Assembly (NCBI GenBank): GCA_963727825.1
Contig: CAVSHO010000009.1
Location: forward strand, 672,001 to 736,000
Length of the DNA stretch: 64,000 nucleotides
Source of the DNA: Ignavibacteriota bacterium
Lineage (GTDB): Bacteria > Bacteroidota > Ignavibacteria > UBA10030
Direction: 5' to 3'
The notes below the pieces were generated by a model. That model was not told where the DNA came from. It saw nothing but the letters and a program-made list of their open reading frames with translations, and did not search any database. The position numbers and the translations under genes are program-made. The number at the start of each line of letters is the position of its first letter. The first letter of the stretch is position 1. Shown here one piece after another: positions 40,968 to 50,368 of this stretch.

Positions 40968-41075
40968 GGTATATTCTCCTTTTTATTTGTGATTTGGTTT
41001 GTTTAATAAATTCATGCTCGTCATTTAAGATTTAGTCTATTTGCAATCAGTATCAAAGTAAAAAGTATTTAGTAT

Positions 41076-41141
41076 CTATTTTTCAAGGCTTCGTTTTAAT
41101 CCGATAAGCATCAACACTATTAATCTCCTAAAATCATGCAT
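41076..41141 (-). pseudogene. 21-codon remnant of a four-helix-bundle (23S rRNA IVP-like) gene, internally deleted, flanked by inverted heptamer-type repeats
   Basis: AGGA-N9-ATG, MHDFRRLIV|LMLIGLKRSLEK*; arms AAGTAAAAAGTA (41056-67) / TACTTTTTACTT (41185-96). Confidence 0.6.
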
Positions 41142-41219
41142 ATTGGGTTATCCTGCTTTTTTCTGTTACTTGCTTTATACTTACTACTTTTTACTTCTTA
41201 CTTTCAGCTTGCTTTTCGC

Positions 41220-42458
41220 TTACAATTCATCAAACCACGATTTCATTTTTTGGAAAATCGTTTTTCCTTTTCCATCTTGAATAACGGCTTTAACTCCAGA
41301 CCGGTCGCGGTTTTTTAACTCGTGCATCACTAATCCAACACCGGTTGCATAAATAGGATTCTCAATTTCCCGCACGAGTCCTGAACTAAAACCACCTGGA
41401 ATGCCAATCTTCACTGGCATACCAAGCACTTCTTTGGCAAGGTCAGCGGTCCCTTTGATAAGTGAGCCGCCGCCTGTAAGCACGACGCCGGCGGAAAGAT
41501 GTTTGGAATAGCCGGAACGTTTAATCTCCATCGCGGTAAATTCCAGAATCTCTTCCATCCGCGGTTGTATTACTTTACACAAAAGTCGCTTGTCAATATC
41601 TATAGGCGCGCGACCGCCGATGCCAGGAAGCTGAATCGGCTGGTTATCTACAATTGCCGGTTCGTAGGTGAAACCGTACTCGACTTTCGTTCTTTCCGCT
41701 TGATCTGTCAGAATGCCAAAGCCTTTGCGAATATCATCCGTTACTTTTTTACCGGCAATACCGATTACAGCAGTGTGACGGATAGTGCGCTCTTCAAATA
41801 CAGCAAGATCAGTAGTGCCACCGCCTATATCCAGCAATGCCACGCCGACTTCCTTTTCTTCATCATCCAGTACTGCATAACTTGATGCAAGCGGTTCAAG
41901 TACCATATCGTTTACGTGTAAACCGGCACGTTGAACACACTTATAAATATTTTGTGCTGCTGTAACAAGTCCGGTGATGATATGAACAACTGCTTCCATC
42001 CGCACGCCGGACATACCAACCGGATCATAAATTCCATCTTGTCCATCAACAATAAACTGTTGGGGGATAACGTGAATAATTTTTCTGTCGAGCGGAAGCG
42101 CGACACGTTTCGTGTCTTCAATCAGCCGGTCAACATCTTCCTGCGTGATTTCATTCTCCGGCCTGCTGATACTAATAACACCGCGACTCTGAAAGCTTTG
42201 GATGTGATCACCAGCGATTCCAACCGTTACGGTTGTGATCTTCACGCCCGATTGTTGTTCTGCATCCTGCACTGCTGCTTGAATGGAGCGAACAGTTTTT
42301 TCAATGTTCGTCACAACACCGCGTGTCAATCCTTCTGATGCGCTTTTACCGATGCCGAGAATTTTCAGTTTGCCTGGATAATTATCATCCGGCGATGCGA
42401 CAATTGCGCATACTTTAGTTGTGCCAATATCTAAACCAACCGCAATATCCTGTTCCAT
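41220..42458 (-). CDS. ftsA: Cell division protein FtsA
   Basis: GLDIGTTKV, DIGGGTTD, VLTGGG, C-terminal amphipathic helix KMKSWFDEL. Confidence 0.97.
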   Translation of the reverse strand: MEQDIAVGLDIGTTKVCAIVASPDDNYPGKLKILGIGKSASEGLTRGVVTNIEKTVRSIQAAVQDAEQQSGVKITTVTVGIAGDHIQSFQSRGVISISRPENEITQEDVDRLIEDTKRVALPLDRKIIHVIPQQFIVDGQDGIYDPVGMSGVRMEAVVHIITGLVTAAQNIYKCVQRAGLHVNDMVLEPLASSYAVLDDEEKEVGVALLDIGGGTTDLAVFEERTIRHTAVIGIAGKKVTDDIRKGFGILTDQAERTKVEYGFTYEPAIVDNQPIQLPGIGGRAPIDIDKRLLCKVIQPRMEEILEFTAMEIKRSGYSKHLSAGVVLTGGGSLIKGTADLAKEVLGMPVKIGIPGGFSSGLVREIENPIYATGVGLVMHELKNRDRSGVKAVIQDGKGKTIFQKMKSWFDEL

Positions 42459-42502
42459 TTTACTTCCTTATAGTCTATAGTTCTTCCATCAGAGCTTTGC
42501 CG

Positions 42503-43264
42503 CTACAGGCTTTTAGTCGCCGATGGTTCTGGTTTCCAACACGCTACAATCTGATCTTGATAGCGCAAATCTACATATTGCAACAATTGTGTACCACGTG
42601 TACGCACTACATTGTTCCAAAAAGTTTCTAATCGCACAAGTTTGCTCGGTATTTCGCCGCGCCCGAAGATGATAGGCACGCCACCTTCTGTAGAATAAAT
42701 GACAATGTCTCCACCATTGCGCACTTGCACCTCTGAAATATTATGATACATCGGGCGATTCACTGTCTTCATTGCGGCAAGCAGTTGTAATACTTCAATT
42801 ACATCCGGCTGTTTAATGATTGAACCTAATACCATCGGTTCACTTTCCGAAATTCCGCTGATCATTGGCATATCAAATAGCCTGTGTGATATACTCCTTG
42901 GAAGCACTGTACCATTTTCATCCAAATACATTGTCTCAGGGCGATTCACAATTGCGATTGGAATACGCTCCATGATCTGAATGTGGATGGAATTGGGGAG
43001 ATTACGTTCTACCACTGCATCTTTTATATAATAATGACTCATTACATTCCGTTGAATGGCTGTTAAATCAATTTTATACAAAAGTGTATTCATCTGTATT
43101 TGTGTAAGTTGAATAATCTCATTTTCCCCGACAATTCGATTGCCATCGATTTTAATTTGTTTTATTCTCAAACTTGATTTCCAGGCATTCGCGCCAAACA
43201 CAAGACAAATCGCAATGGCAATGAGCACTAACGCGCTAGCGGTTTTAGATTTCATTTCGCTCAT
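42503..43264 (-). CDS. ftsQ: Cell division protein FtsQ/DivIB
   Basis: N-terminal TM, POTRA-like region, ERIPIA, YVDLRY; position in dcw. Confidence 0.88.
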   Translation of the reverse strand: MSEMKSKTASALVLIAIAICLVFGANAWKSSLRIKQIKIDGNRIVGENEIIQLTQIQMNTLLYKIDLTAIQRNVMSHYYIKDAVVERNLPNSIHIQIMERIPIAIVNRPETMYLDENGTVLPRSISHRLFDMPMISGISESEPMVLGSIIKQPDVIEVLQLLAAMKTVNRPMYHNISEVQVRNGGDIVIYSTEGGVPIIFGRGEIPSKLVRLETFWNNVVRTRGTQLLQYVDLRYQDQIVACWKPEPSATKSL

Positions 43265-44175
43265 GCCGCTTCCTTTGCGAAGTTCGAAAACCCGACCATC
43301 TTTACTTCTAGTTCTAACATCAAACCAGAATTTTGATATACAGTGCGCTTAACTAAATCTATTAGTTTCACTATATCCACTGCTTTTGCATTGTCAAGAT
43401 TGACAATGAAGTTGGCATGCTTTTCTGAAACCTGCGCATCGCCTACACGTTTGCCTTTGAGTCCGGCTTGCTCAATTAATTTTGCTGCAAATGTGTTCGG
43501 CGGATTCTTGAACATGCTACCGAGATTTGGATATTCCAACGGCTGTGTTTCATTTCGCCTTAAGATGAACTCACGCCGCACCGCTGAAAGTTTTTCCTTG
43601 TCTCCATGTTCTAATTGGAAAGATGCACCCAATACAACATCATCGGTAAACCGAGAGTGACGGTATGTAAAAGATCCTTCATCTTTTCGAATTCTCTTCA
43701 CAATACCGTCATGAATAGTTTCTACTTCTATTAAATGATCTGCAATTTCTCCGCCGTGAGCACCGGCATTCATTACCACTGCGCCACCGATCGTACCTGG
43801 AATTCCGGCAAGCATTTCTACGCCAGCAAGTTCGTTCTGGATACAAAAATCCACAAACTTGGTCAGTCGTACGCCAGCATCAGCGAATACTAAATTGTTA
43901 TCCATGCGTATGCCTGAGAGCGAATTTTCAATATTGATAACAGCGCCACGAATTCCTTCATCACTCACAAGTACATTGCTGCCGCGCCCAATCATCAACC
44001 ATGAATAATTATGAACACGGAAATATTCAATAACAGAAATCAAATCCTCTTTGTCCGCCGGTTCGATATAGAAATCAGCAGGCCCGCCAACCTTCATCCA
44101 AGTGTACTTCGCCATGGGAACATCAACAACGATGTTTCCTCGAAGAAATTTTTGTATGTCGGTTAATGAAATCAT
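43261..44175 (-). CDS. murB: UDP-N-acetylmuramate dehydrogenase
   Basis: VGGPAD, GRGSNVL, GIPGTIGGAVVMNAGA, GSMFKNP, HANFIVN. Confidence 0.96.
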   Translation of the reverse strand: MISLTDIQKFLRGNIVVDVPMAKYTWMKVGGPADFYIEPADKEDLISVIEYFRVHNYSWLMIGRGSNVLVSDEGIRGAVINIENSLSGIRMDNNLVFADAGVRLTKFVDFCIQNELAGVEMLAGIPGTIGGAVVMNAGAHGGEIADHLIEVETIHDGIVKRIRKDEGSFTYRHSRFTDDVVLGASFQLEHGDKEKLSAVRREFILRRNETQPLEYPNLGSMFKNPPNTFAAKLIEQAGLKGKRVGDAQVSEKHANFIVNLDNAKAVDIVKLIDLVKRTVYQNSGLMLELEVKMVGFSNFAKEAA

Positions 44176-45554
44176 TTAGACGAATATTGTTTTAAGAATT
44201 CTTCACCGTATTTCCAGATATCACCAGCACCCATCGTGATGACGATATCACCAGACTTGACGATGGTTTTAAGAAACGCAGGAACTTGTTTTTTATCTGG
44301 AACGTAATGAACATCCTTGTGGCCAAACTGCTTTGCAGCATTTACAATTAACTCGCCGGTAATACCTTGAATTGGTTCTTCGCGTGCCGGATATATATCC
44401 GTTACAACGAGCACATCAGACAATAGAAATGACTTGCCAAAGTCTTCGTAGAAATCTCGTGTGCGGCTGTACAGATGCGGCTGAAATACGCACACGACAC
44501 GACGACGCCAACCAGCTTTTACACCTGAAAGTGTTGCCCTGCATTCGGTCGGATGATGTGCGTAATCGTCATAAACCGCAATATCGTTTATTTCGCCTTT
44601 CTTTTCCCATCTGCGGTATACGCCGGCGAATTTCTCAATGCCTGATTTAATTTTTTCAAATGGAACACCAAGCTCTAATCCGACAGCAATAGCACCAAGC
44701 GAATTCTGCACGTTATGCTTACCCGGCACTTGAAGTTTAATCGTACCAAGTTCTTTATCGCCTCGAATTATTGTATACGTTGTGCTATTGTCTTTATGCC
44801 GGATTTCAACTGCTTGTACATCTGCCTGCGGATTAAGGCCATATGTTATTATTTTTTTCTTGTTAAGATTCGGCATTATGTCCAAAAGCGCCGGCTCATC
44901 AAGACAAAGGATAACGAATCCGTAAAAAGGTACTTTATTGGCAAATTGAATAAATGCGCTCTTGATGTCTTCTAAATCTCGATAGCAATCAAGATGGTCG
45001 GTTTCCAGCGTTGTCGGTACAGCAATTGTCGGTGAGATAGATAAAAACGACCGATCAAACTCATCTGCTTCTACAACAATAAATTCTCCGCGTCCAAGAC
45101 GAGCATTTGTTCCGCCAAGCCCGCTTAATTTTCCGCCGACAATAACAGTCGGATCAAGTCCGCCTTCCATCAGAACAAGACTTGTCATTGATGTCGTTGT
45201 CGTTTTTCCATGTGTACCCGCGATGCCAATACCGTACTTCAACCGCATTACTTCTGCAAGCATTTCTGCTCGTCGCACAATTGGAATCTTTCGCCGCTGT
45301 GCTTCAAGAATTTCTGGATTGTCCGGTTGTACTGCGGATGAATAAACAACAGTGTCAACATCGTTTGCGATATTGCTTGAGCGATGTCCTTCAAAAATTA
45401 TCGCGCCAAGATTTTTAAGGCGTTCAGTGACTTCAGACAATGCACGGTCAGACCCACTGACTTTAAATCCTTGATCGAGAAGAATCTCAGCGATGCCGCT
45501 CATACCAATGCCGCCGATACCGATAAAATGTAATTTCCTTATTGAACTAAACAT
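44172..45554 (-). CDS. murC: UDP-N-acetylmuramate--L-alanine ligase
   Basis: HFIGIGGIGMSG, GTHGKTTT, EADE, DDYAHHPTE, FQPH. Confidence 0.97.
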   Translation of the reverse strand: MFSSIRKLHFIGIGGIGMSGIAEILLDQGFKVSGSDRALSEVTERLKNLGAIIFEGHRSSNIANDVDTVVYSSAVQPDNPEILEAQRRKIPIVRRAEMLAEVMRLKYGIGIAGTHGKTTTTSMTSLVLMEGGLDPTVIVGGKLSGLGGTNARLGRGEFIVVEADEFDRSFLSISPTIAVPTTLETDHLDCYRDLEDIKSAFIQFANKVPFYGFVILCLDEPALLDIMPNLNKKKIITYGLNPQADVQAVEIRHKDNSTTYTIIRGDKELGTIKLQVPGKHNVQNSLGAIAVGLELGVPFEKIKSGIEKFAGVYRRWEKKGEINDIAVYDDYAHHPTECRATLSGVKAGWRRRVVCVFQPHLYSRTRDFYEDFGKSFLLSDVLVVTDIYPAREEPIQGITGELIVNAAKQFGHKDVHYVPDKKQVPAFLKTIVKSGDIVITMGAGDIWKYGEEFLKQYSSK

Positions 45555-45590
45555 CTAGCGTTCTTTCGTTAACCATTTTTGCTTGCATGA

Positions 45591-46685
45591 TTAATTTGCC
45601 AATTCAAGAATTCGTTGTGCAATTTCTTTGCCTGCGTTTGGTTTTCCTATAGCAAGGCTCGCTTCGTTCATTTGCTGGCGGTTTTTATCATCTTTTATAA
45701 TAGAATTAATCACATCTTTTAATTTCATCTTAACATCTCGGTCAGCTATCATAACTGAGGCGCCGGCATCTACCAGAGTCTGCGCATTGTACGTCTGATG
45801 ATCCGCGGCGGCATGTGGATATGGAATTAATATCGATGCTTTACCAAGCCGAGTTAGTTCCGCCAACGTTGTAGCACCGGCACGACAAACTACTATATCA
45901 GCTGCTGCGTAAGCATATTCCATTTTATCAATGAATGTATTCATCCAGCAATTCTTCATCGTTGCCATTTCCTTTGCCACCGCCATATCAGTTTTGCCTG
46001 TCTGCCATATAAATTGAATGTTGGAATCAATAAAATCATTTACCAGCAACTTTGCTGCCTCATTGATGGAGGCGGCACCGAGACTTCCGCCAAATACAAA
46101 CACTGTCTTTTTTAATGGATCAAGATTAAAAAACTTTATTCCATCTTCGCGCGATACAGTTCCGAGTACATTACGCGTTGGCGTACCTGCCAATTCTATA
46201 TTGTCTTTCCGTTTCAACCAGCGGGCTGTAGTATCAAACGCGGTAAATATTCGCGTTGCTCTCGTTGACAGCATCCGTGTTGTAATTCCAGGAAAGCTGT
46301 TCGATTCGTGAACAACTGTTGGAATTCCAAGTAGCGATGCAATAAACAATACTGGCCCGCATACATAACCACCGGTTCCAATAACAATATCCGGTTGAAA
46401 CCTTTTAATGAGAAAGAACGATTGCACTAGCGACACTAATACTTTTATCGGGAACAGCAGATTATCTATCCGCAAACTGCGATAGAACCCGCTAATCCAG
46501 ATAAATGCCAGTAAATATCCTCGTTGAGGAACGACACGTGCTTCAATTTTTCCTTTTGTACCAACAAATAATAATTCTGCATTCGATCTCAGCTTTTTTA
46601 TTTCATCTGCAATAGCAATTGCAGGAAATACATGCCCGCCGGTTCCTCCGGCTGCTATAAGAATTTTTGGTCTATCGTTCGACAC
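45591..46685 (-). CDS. murG: MurG glycosyltransferase
   Basis: GGTGGHVFP, HESN, GGSLGA, RAGATT.AE. Confidence 0.96.
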   Translation of the reverse strand: MSNDRPKILIAAGGTGGHVFPAIAIADEIKKLRSNAELLFVGTKGKIEARVVPQRGYLLAFIWISGFYRSLRIDNLLFPIKVLVSLVQSFFLIKRFQPDIVIGTGGYVCGPVLFIASLLGIPTVVHESNSFPGITTRMLSTRATRIFTAFDTTARWLKRKDNIELAGTPTRNVLGTVSREDGIKFFNLDPLKKTVFVFGGSLGAASINEAAKLLVNDFIDSNIQFIWQTGKTDMAVAKEMATMKNCWMNTFIDKMEYAYAAADIVVCRAGATTLAELTRLGKASILIPYPHAAADHQTYNAQTLVDAGASVMIADRDVKMKLKDVINSIIKDDKNRQQMNEASLAIGKPNAGKEIAQRILELAN

Positions 46686-46688
46686 ACG

Positions 46689-47876
46689 TCAATACACTTT
46701 TCCGAGTCCAGTCTCTGACCCGAGTATTTCTGTATTTACTTTTTCTTTTTTCGCGGCTCGCGGATGTAAATCCGTATGCGCGGAAATGTTCAACAGCACA
46801 CCTATGGAAAACGCCGACAACATAAGAGAAGAGCCACCATAGCTGATAAATGGCATAGGCAATCCGGTGGTCGGAAGAAGTCCGAGTGCTACGCTTGCAT
46901 TTACCAGTGCGTACAATGTGATTGTGCTTGAGATTGCGATTGAAAGGAATCTTGCAAAATCGTCTTTTGCATGCTTTGCAATCCTAAATCCGCGCAACAT
47001 AACAAATAAAAATGCGCCAAGCAGAAGTATCGTGCCGAGCAATCCGTACTCTTCACCAACAATTGAATAAACAAAATCGTTGTACGATTCCGGCAGGAAT
47101 AAATCCCGCTGACGGCTTTCGCCTGGTCCGACGCCGAATAATCCTCCATTGCCAAAACCGATAATGCCCTGCCAGAGTTGATAATTTTGTTGTCCGTTCG
47201 GTGTCCCATGAACAAAGTGCATTATTCGCTCAAGTTGATAAGGACGTTTTAGCACATATGCCATAACGAGCACATAGATAGCAAACAAACAGACGGCAAC
47301 GAAAATCATTCCCAAAAGGTGCATCATCTTAACATGTCCAACAAATAAGAGGATAATCGTCAACGCAAATAACATCACACCGGTGCTCAGATTCGGTTGT
47401 GCTAACACCAATCCGGTTACAACACCAATCCAAATGATAATGGGAAGAAACCCTCTCTTAAAATCTTTTAAAAGTTCACCTTTCGTAGCCATCAGCAAAC
47501 TTATATGGAATAAAAGCGCAAACTTTGCAAACTCAGACGGCTGAAATCCTAATCCGCCAAAACGCAGCCAACGCACAGCACCTTTGGTTTCACCGCCAAG
47601 CACAAATGTCACAGCCAGAAAGAGTACAGCAATGATAAGCACCGGCTTTGTAAATTTTTTATAAGCACCATAAGGAATACTTAAACCTACAAATAATGCA
47701 GCAATACTTAACAAAATTTTTATCGCATGCAGATCAAGGTAATGACTCTGTGTGTCGAAGCGTTTGAATGACCACTCTGCGGATGCGCTGTATACTACAC
47801 CGAGGCTGGTAACCATTAGTCCAAGTACGACGATAAGTAGCCAGATGTCAATATGATTGCGTTGTACCTTAAGCAT
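46689..47876 (-). CDS. ftsW: SEDS protein FtsW
   Basis: GAVRW, FQPSEFAK, LPESYNDF, PTTGLPMPFISYGGSS; dcw position. Confidence 0.94.
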   Translation of the reverse strand: MLKVQRNHIDIWLLIVVLGLMVTSLGVVYSASAEWSFKRFDTQSHYLDLHAIKILLSIAALFVGLSIPYGAYKKFTKPVLIIAVLFLAVTFVLGGETKGAVRWLRFGGLGFQPSEFAKFALLFHISLLMATKGELLKDFKRGFLPIIIWIGVVTGLVLAQPNLSTGVMLFALTIILLFVGHVKMMHLLGMIFVAVCLFAIYVLVMAYVLKRPYQLERIMHFVHGTPNGQQNYQLWQGIIGFGNGGLFGVGPGESRQRDLFLPESYNDFVYSIVGEEYGLLGTILLLGAFLFVMLRGFRIAKHAKDDFARFLSIAISSTITLYALVNASVALGLLPTTGLPMPFISYGGSSLMLSAFSIGVLLNISAHTDLHPRAAKKEKVNTEILGSETGLGKVY

Positions 47877-49232
47877 TTATAATTTATTCACCAGTCCTTT
47901 AAACACTTCGCCGCGGTGTTCGTAATTCTTAAACCAATCGAACGAAGCACAAGCTGGAGAAAGCAGAACCACGTCTCCCGGTTGTGCAAGAAAGCGGGCT
48001 ATATCAACAGCTTCCTCCATCGAAGATGCTTTTGTAATCACTGTCGCACCTTTGAAGGACTGTTCGACAATATCTGCTGATTCACCGATGGCGACAATTG
48101 CTTTTACCTGTTTGCGCACAAGTTCTGTTAATTTGGAATAATCATTTCCTTTATCGCGCCCACCTAAGAACAGCACAATTGGTTCTTTAAATGACTGTAA
48201 AGCGAACCAAACAGAATCGACGTTAGTTGCTTTTGAATCGTTATAGTAACTAACTTCGTTGAGTTTACGAACAAACTCAAGGCGATGCTCTACGCCTTCA
48301 AATGTCTTTAACGTAGATTGAATCAATGTTGTATCAACCCCAAGCAATTGTCCGACAAGGACTGCCGCCATCGAATTGTAAAGATTATGCATACCCTTGA
48401 TAAATATCTGATTGATATCAATGATTTCGATTCTGGTTCCGCCGATGGAGGTAATGAGTTTGCCATCTTCAATGAACGCTCCTTCATTCAACTTCTTTTG
48501 TTCGCTTAAACCAATCTTGCGACACTGTGCTTGATGGATTATTTTATTAGTCCATTCGTCATCTGTATTATAGATAAGTATATCGTCGGTTTGTTGATTT
48601 TTGAACACGCGCGCTTTCGAAGCAGAGTACTTCTCCATAGAGTGGTCATATCGGTCCATGTGATCCGGCGTGATGTTGAGCAAGACAGAAATCTTTGGCC
48701 GGAATTTGTCTATGTGGTCTAATTGAAAACTGCTCACTTCCAGAACAGCAATATCTGTCTCAGCCAATTCCAGAACGATAGATGAGAATGCCGTTCCAAT
48801 GTTACCAGCAACAACGTGTTTCTTCGTTGCATCGTTCAGTATCCTTCCCGTTAATGTTGTGGTTGTTGTCTTTCCGTTACTGCCGGTGATTGCCACAACA
48901 GGCGCCCGGCAGAACCAACTACCAACTTCAAGTTCACTAACGACTTTGATATTTCGCTTCTGTGCTTCAAGAACTACCGGCGCATTACTAGGAACGCCAG
49001 GACTGATGACCATCAACTCACATTCATAAACACGATTGCTGTGCTTACCAACTTCATACTCAATTTTTTCTGATTGAAGATTGAGAATAGAGGATTGGAG
49101 CTTATCTGCAACAGCCGAATCGCTGACAAATACATTTGCATTTTGAGACTTTAATAGCTTTGCCACTGCTACACCGCTGCGCACCGCGCCAATAACAGAA
49201 ACCTTTTTATTATGGAGAAGATTGATATCCAT
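47877..49232 (-). CDS. murD: UDP-MurNAc-L-Ala--D-Glu ligase
   Basis: SPGVP, ITGSNGKTTT, EVSSFQL, NDSKATN, LSPACASFD. Confidence 0.97.
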   Translation of the reverse strand: MDINLLHNKKVSVIGAVRSGVAVAKLLKSQNANVFVSDSAVADKLQSSILNLQSEKIEYEVGKHSNRVYECELMVISPGVPSNAPVVLEAQKRNIKVVSELEVGSWFCRAPVVAITGSNGKTTTTTLTGRILNDATKKHVVAGNIGTAFSSIVLELAETDIAVLEVSSFQLDHIDKFRPKISVLLNITPDHMDRYDHSMEKYSASKARVFKNQQTDDILIYNTDDEWTNKIIHQAQCRKIGLSEQKKLNEGAFIEDGKLITSIGGTRIEIIDINQIFIKGMHNLYNSMAAVLVGQLLGVDTTLIQSTLKTFEGVEHRLEFVRKLNEVSYYNDSKATNVDSVWFALQSFKEPIVLFLGGRDKGNDYSKLTELVRKQVKAIVAIGESADIVEQSFKGATVITKASSMEEAVDIARFLAQPGDVVLLSPACASFDWFKNYEHRGEVFKGLVNKL

Positions 49233-49240
49233 TACGACAA

Positions 49241-50365
49241 TTACCGCACCTTAAACGTTGCAAGACTTAAAATCATTAATAGAATTGCGATGATATAAAA
49301 TCGCGTAACAATTTTTGGTTCCGGCCAGCCAAGCATTTCAAAATGATGATGAATTGGTGCCATTTTAAACACACGTTTACCCTCGCCGTATCGTTTCTTA
49401 GTATATTTGAAATACATTCGCTGAATAATAACAGATACAGTCTCCATCAAAAAAACACCTCCGAGAGTTGGCAAGAGCAATTCTTTCTTTATCAAAACAC
49501 ACATTGCGCCAATAATACCGCCGAGTGCCAGCGAGCCAGTATCACCCATAAATACCTGCGCCGGATGCGAGTTGAACCAAAGAAATCCAAGTGCCGCCCC
49601 GCTGATTGCTGCACAATAAATGGCAAGCTCACCATTGCCGCGCAGAAATGGAATCGTCAGGTACTGGCTCCATACCGCATGTCCGGAAACATAAGTGATA
49701 ATAGCAAGCGTCCCGCTAACTATTCCGACAGTTCCTATGGCGAGACCGTCAAGGCCATCTGTTAGATTCACTGCATTCGATGTGGCTGTAATAATGAATA
49801 TTACAACCGGAATGTAGAACACGCCTAAATTCCACTCTAAGTTTTTCATGAACGGCACTGTTGTACTTGATTTGAATGGCACAAGCGTTTGATCAATCCA
49901 TTGGGGAAAGAAGTAAATAACACTGCCAACTACTAAGCCGACGAACACTTGTCCGGCTATTTTATATTTGCCGATTAGGCCTTTGGGTTTCTTTCGGACG
50001 ACTTTGAGGAAGTCATCTAAAAATCCGACCGCACCAAGCGCTACAGTAACAAACAAAATGAGCAAGATGTACCCGTTCTTCAAATCTGTCCAGAGCAGCG
50101 CCGGGATAATAATTGATAAGAGTACAATCAATCCGCCCATTGTTGGTGTGCCTGCTTTTGCCAAATGCGATTTGGGCGCTTCAAGTTTTGCCGACTCGCC
50201 GATTTGATAAACACGAAGCTTACGAATAATCTTTGGACCGAGCCAGAAGGAAATAATTAACGCCGTAATTGCAGCCGCACCTGCGCGGAATGTAATGTAG
50301 CGGAATATTCCAAAGCCGGGAACGTTGAACGTTTTATGCAGATATGAGAAGAGATAGAACAGCAT
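49241..50365 (-). CDS. mraY: Phospho-MurNAc-pentapeptide transferase
   Basis: KAGTPTMGG, NAVNLTDGLDGL, FMGDTGS, APIHHHFE. Confidence 0.97.
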   Translation of the reverse strand: MLFYLFSYLHKTFNVPGFGIFRYITFRAGAAAITALIISFWLGPKIIRKLRVYQIGESAKLEAPKSHLAKAGTPTMGGLIVLLSIIIPALLWTDLKNGYILLILFVTVALGAVGFLDDFLKVVRKKPKGLIGKYKIAGQVFVGLVVGSVIYFFPQWIDQTLVPFKSSTTVPFMKNLEWNLGVFYIPVVIFIITATSNAVNLTDGLDGLAIGTVGIVSGTLAIITYVSGHAVWSQYLTIPFLRGNGELAIYCAAISGAALGFLWFNSHPAQVFMGDTGSLALGGIIGAMCVLIKKELLLPTLGGVFLMETVSVIIQRMYFKYTKKRYGEGKRVFKMAPIHHHFEMLGWPEPKIVTRFYIIAILLMILSLATFKVR

Positions 50366-50368
50366 GTA

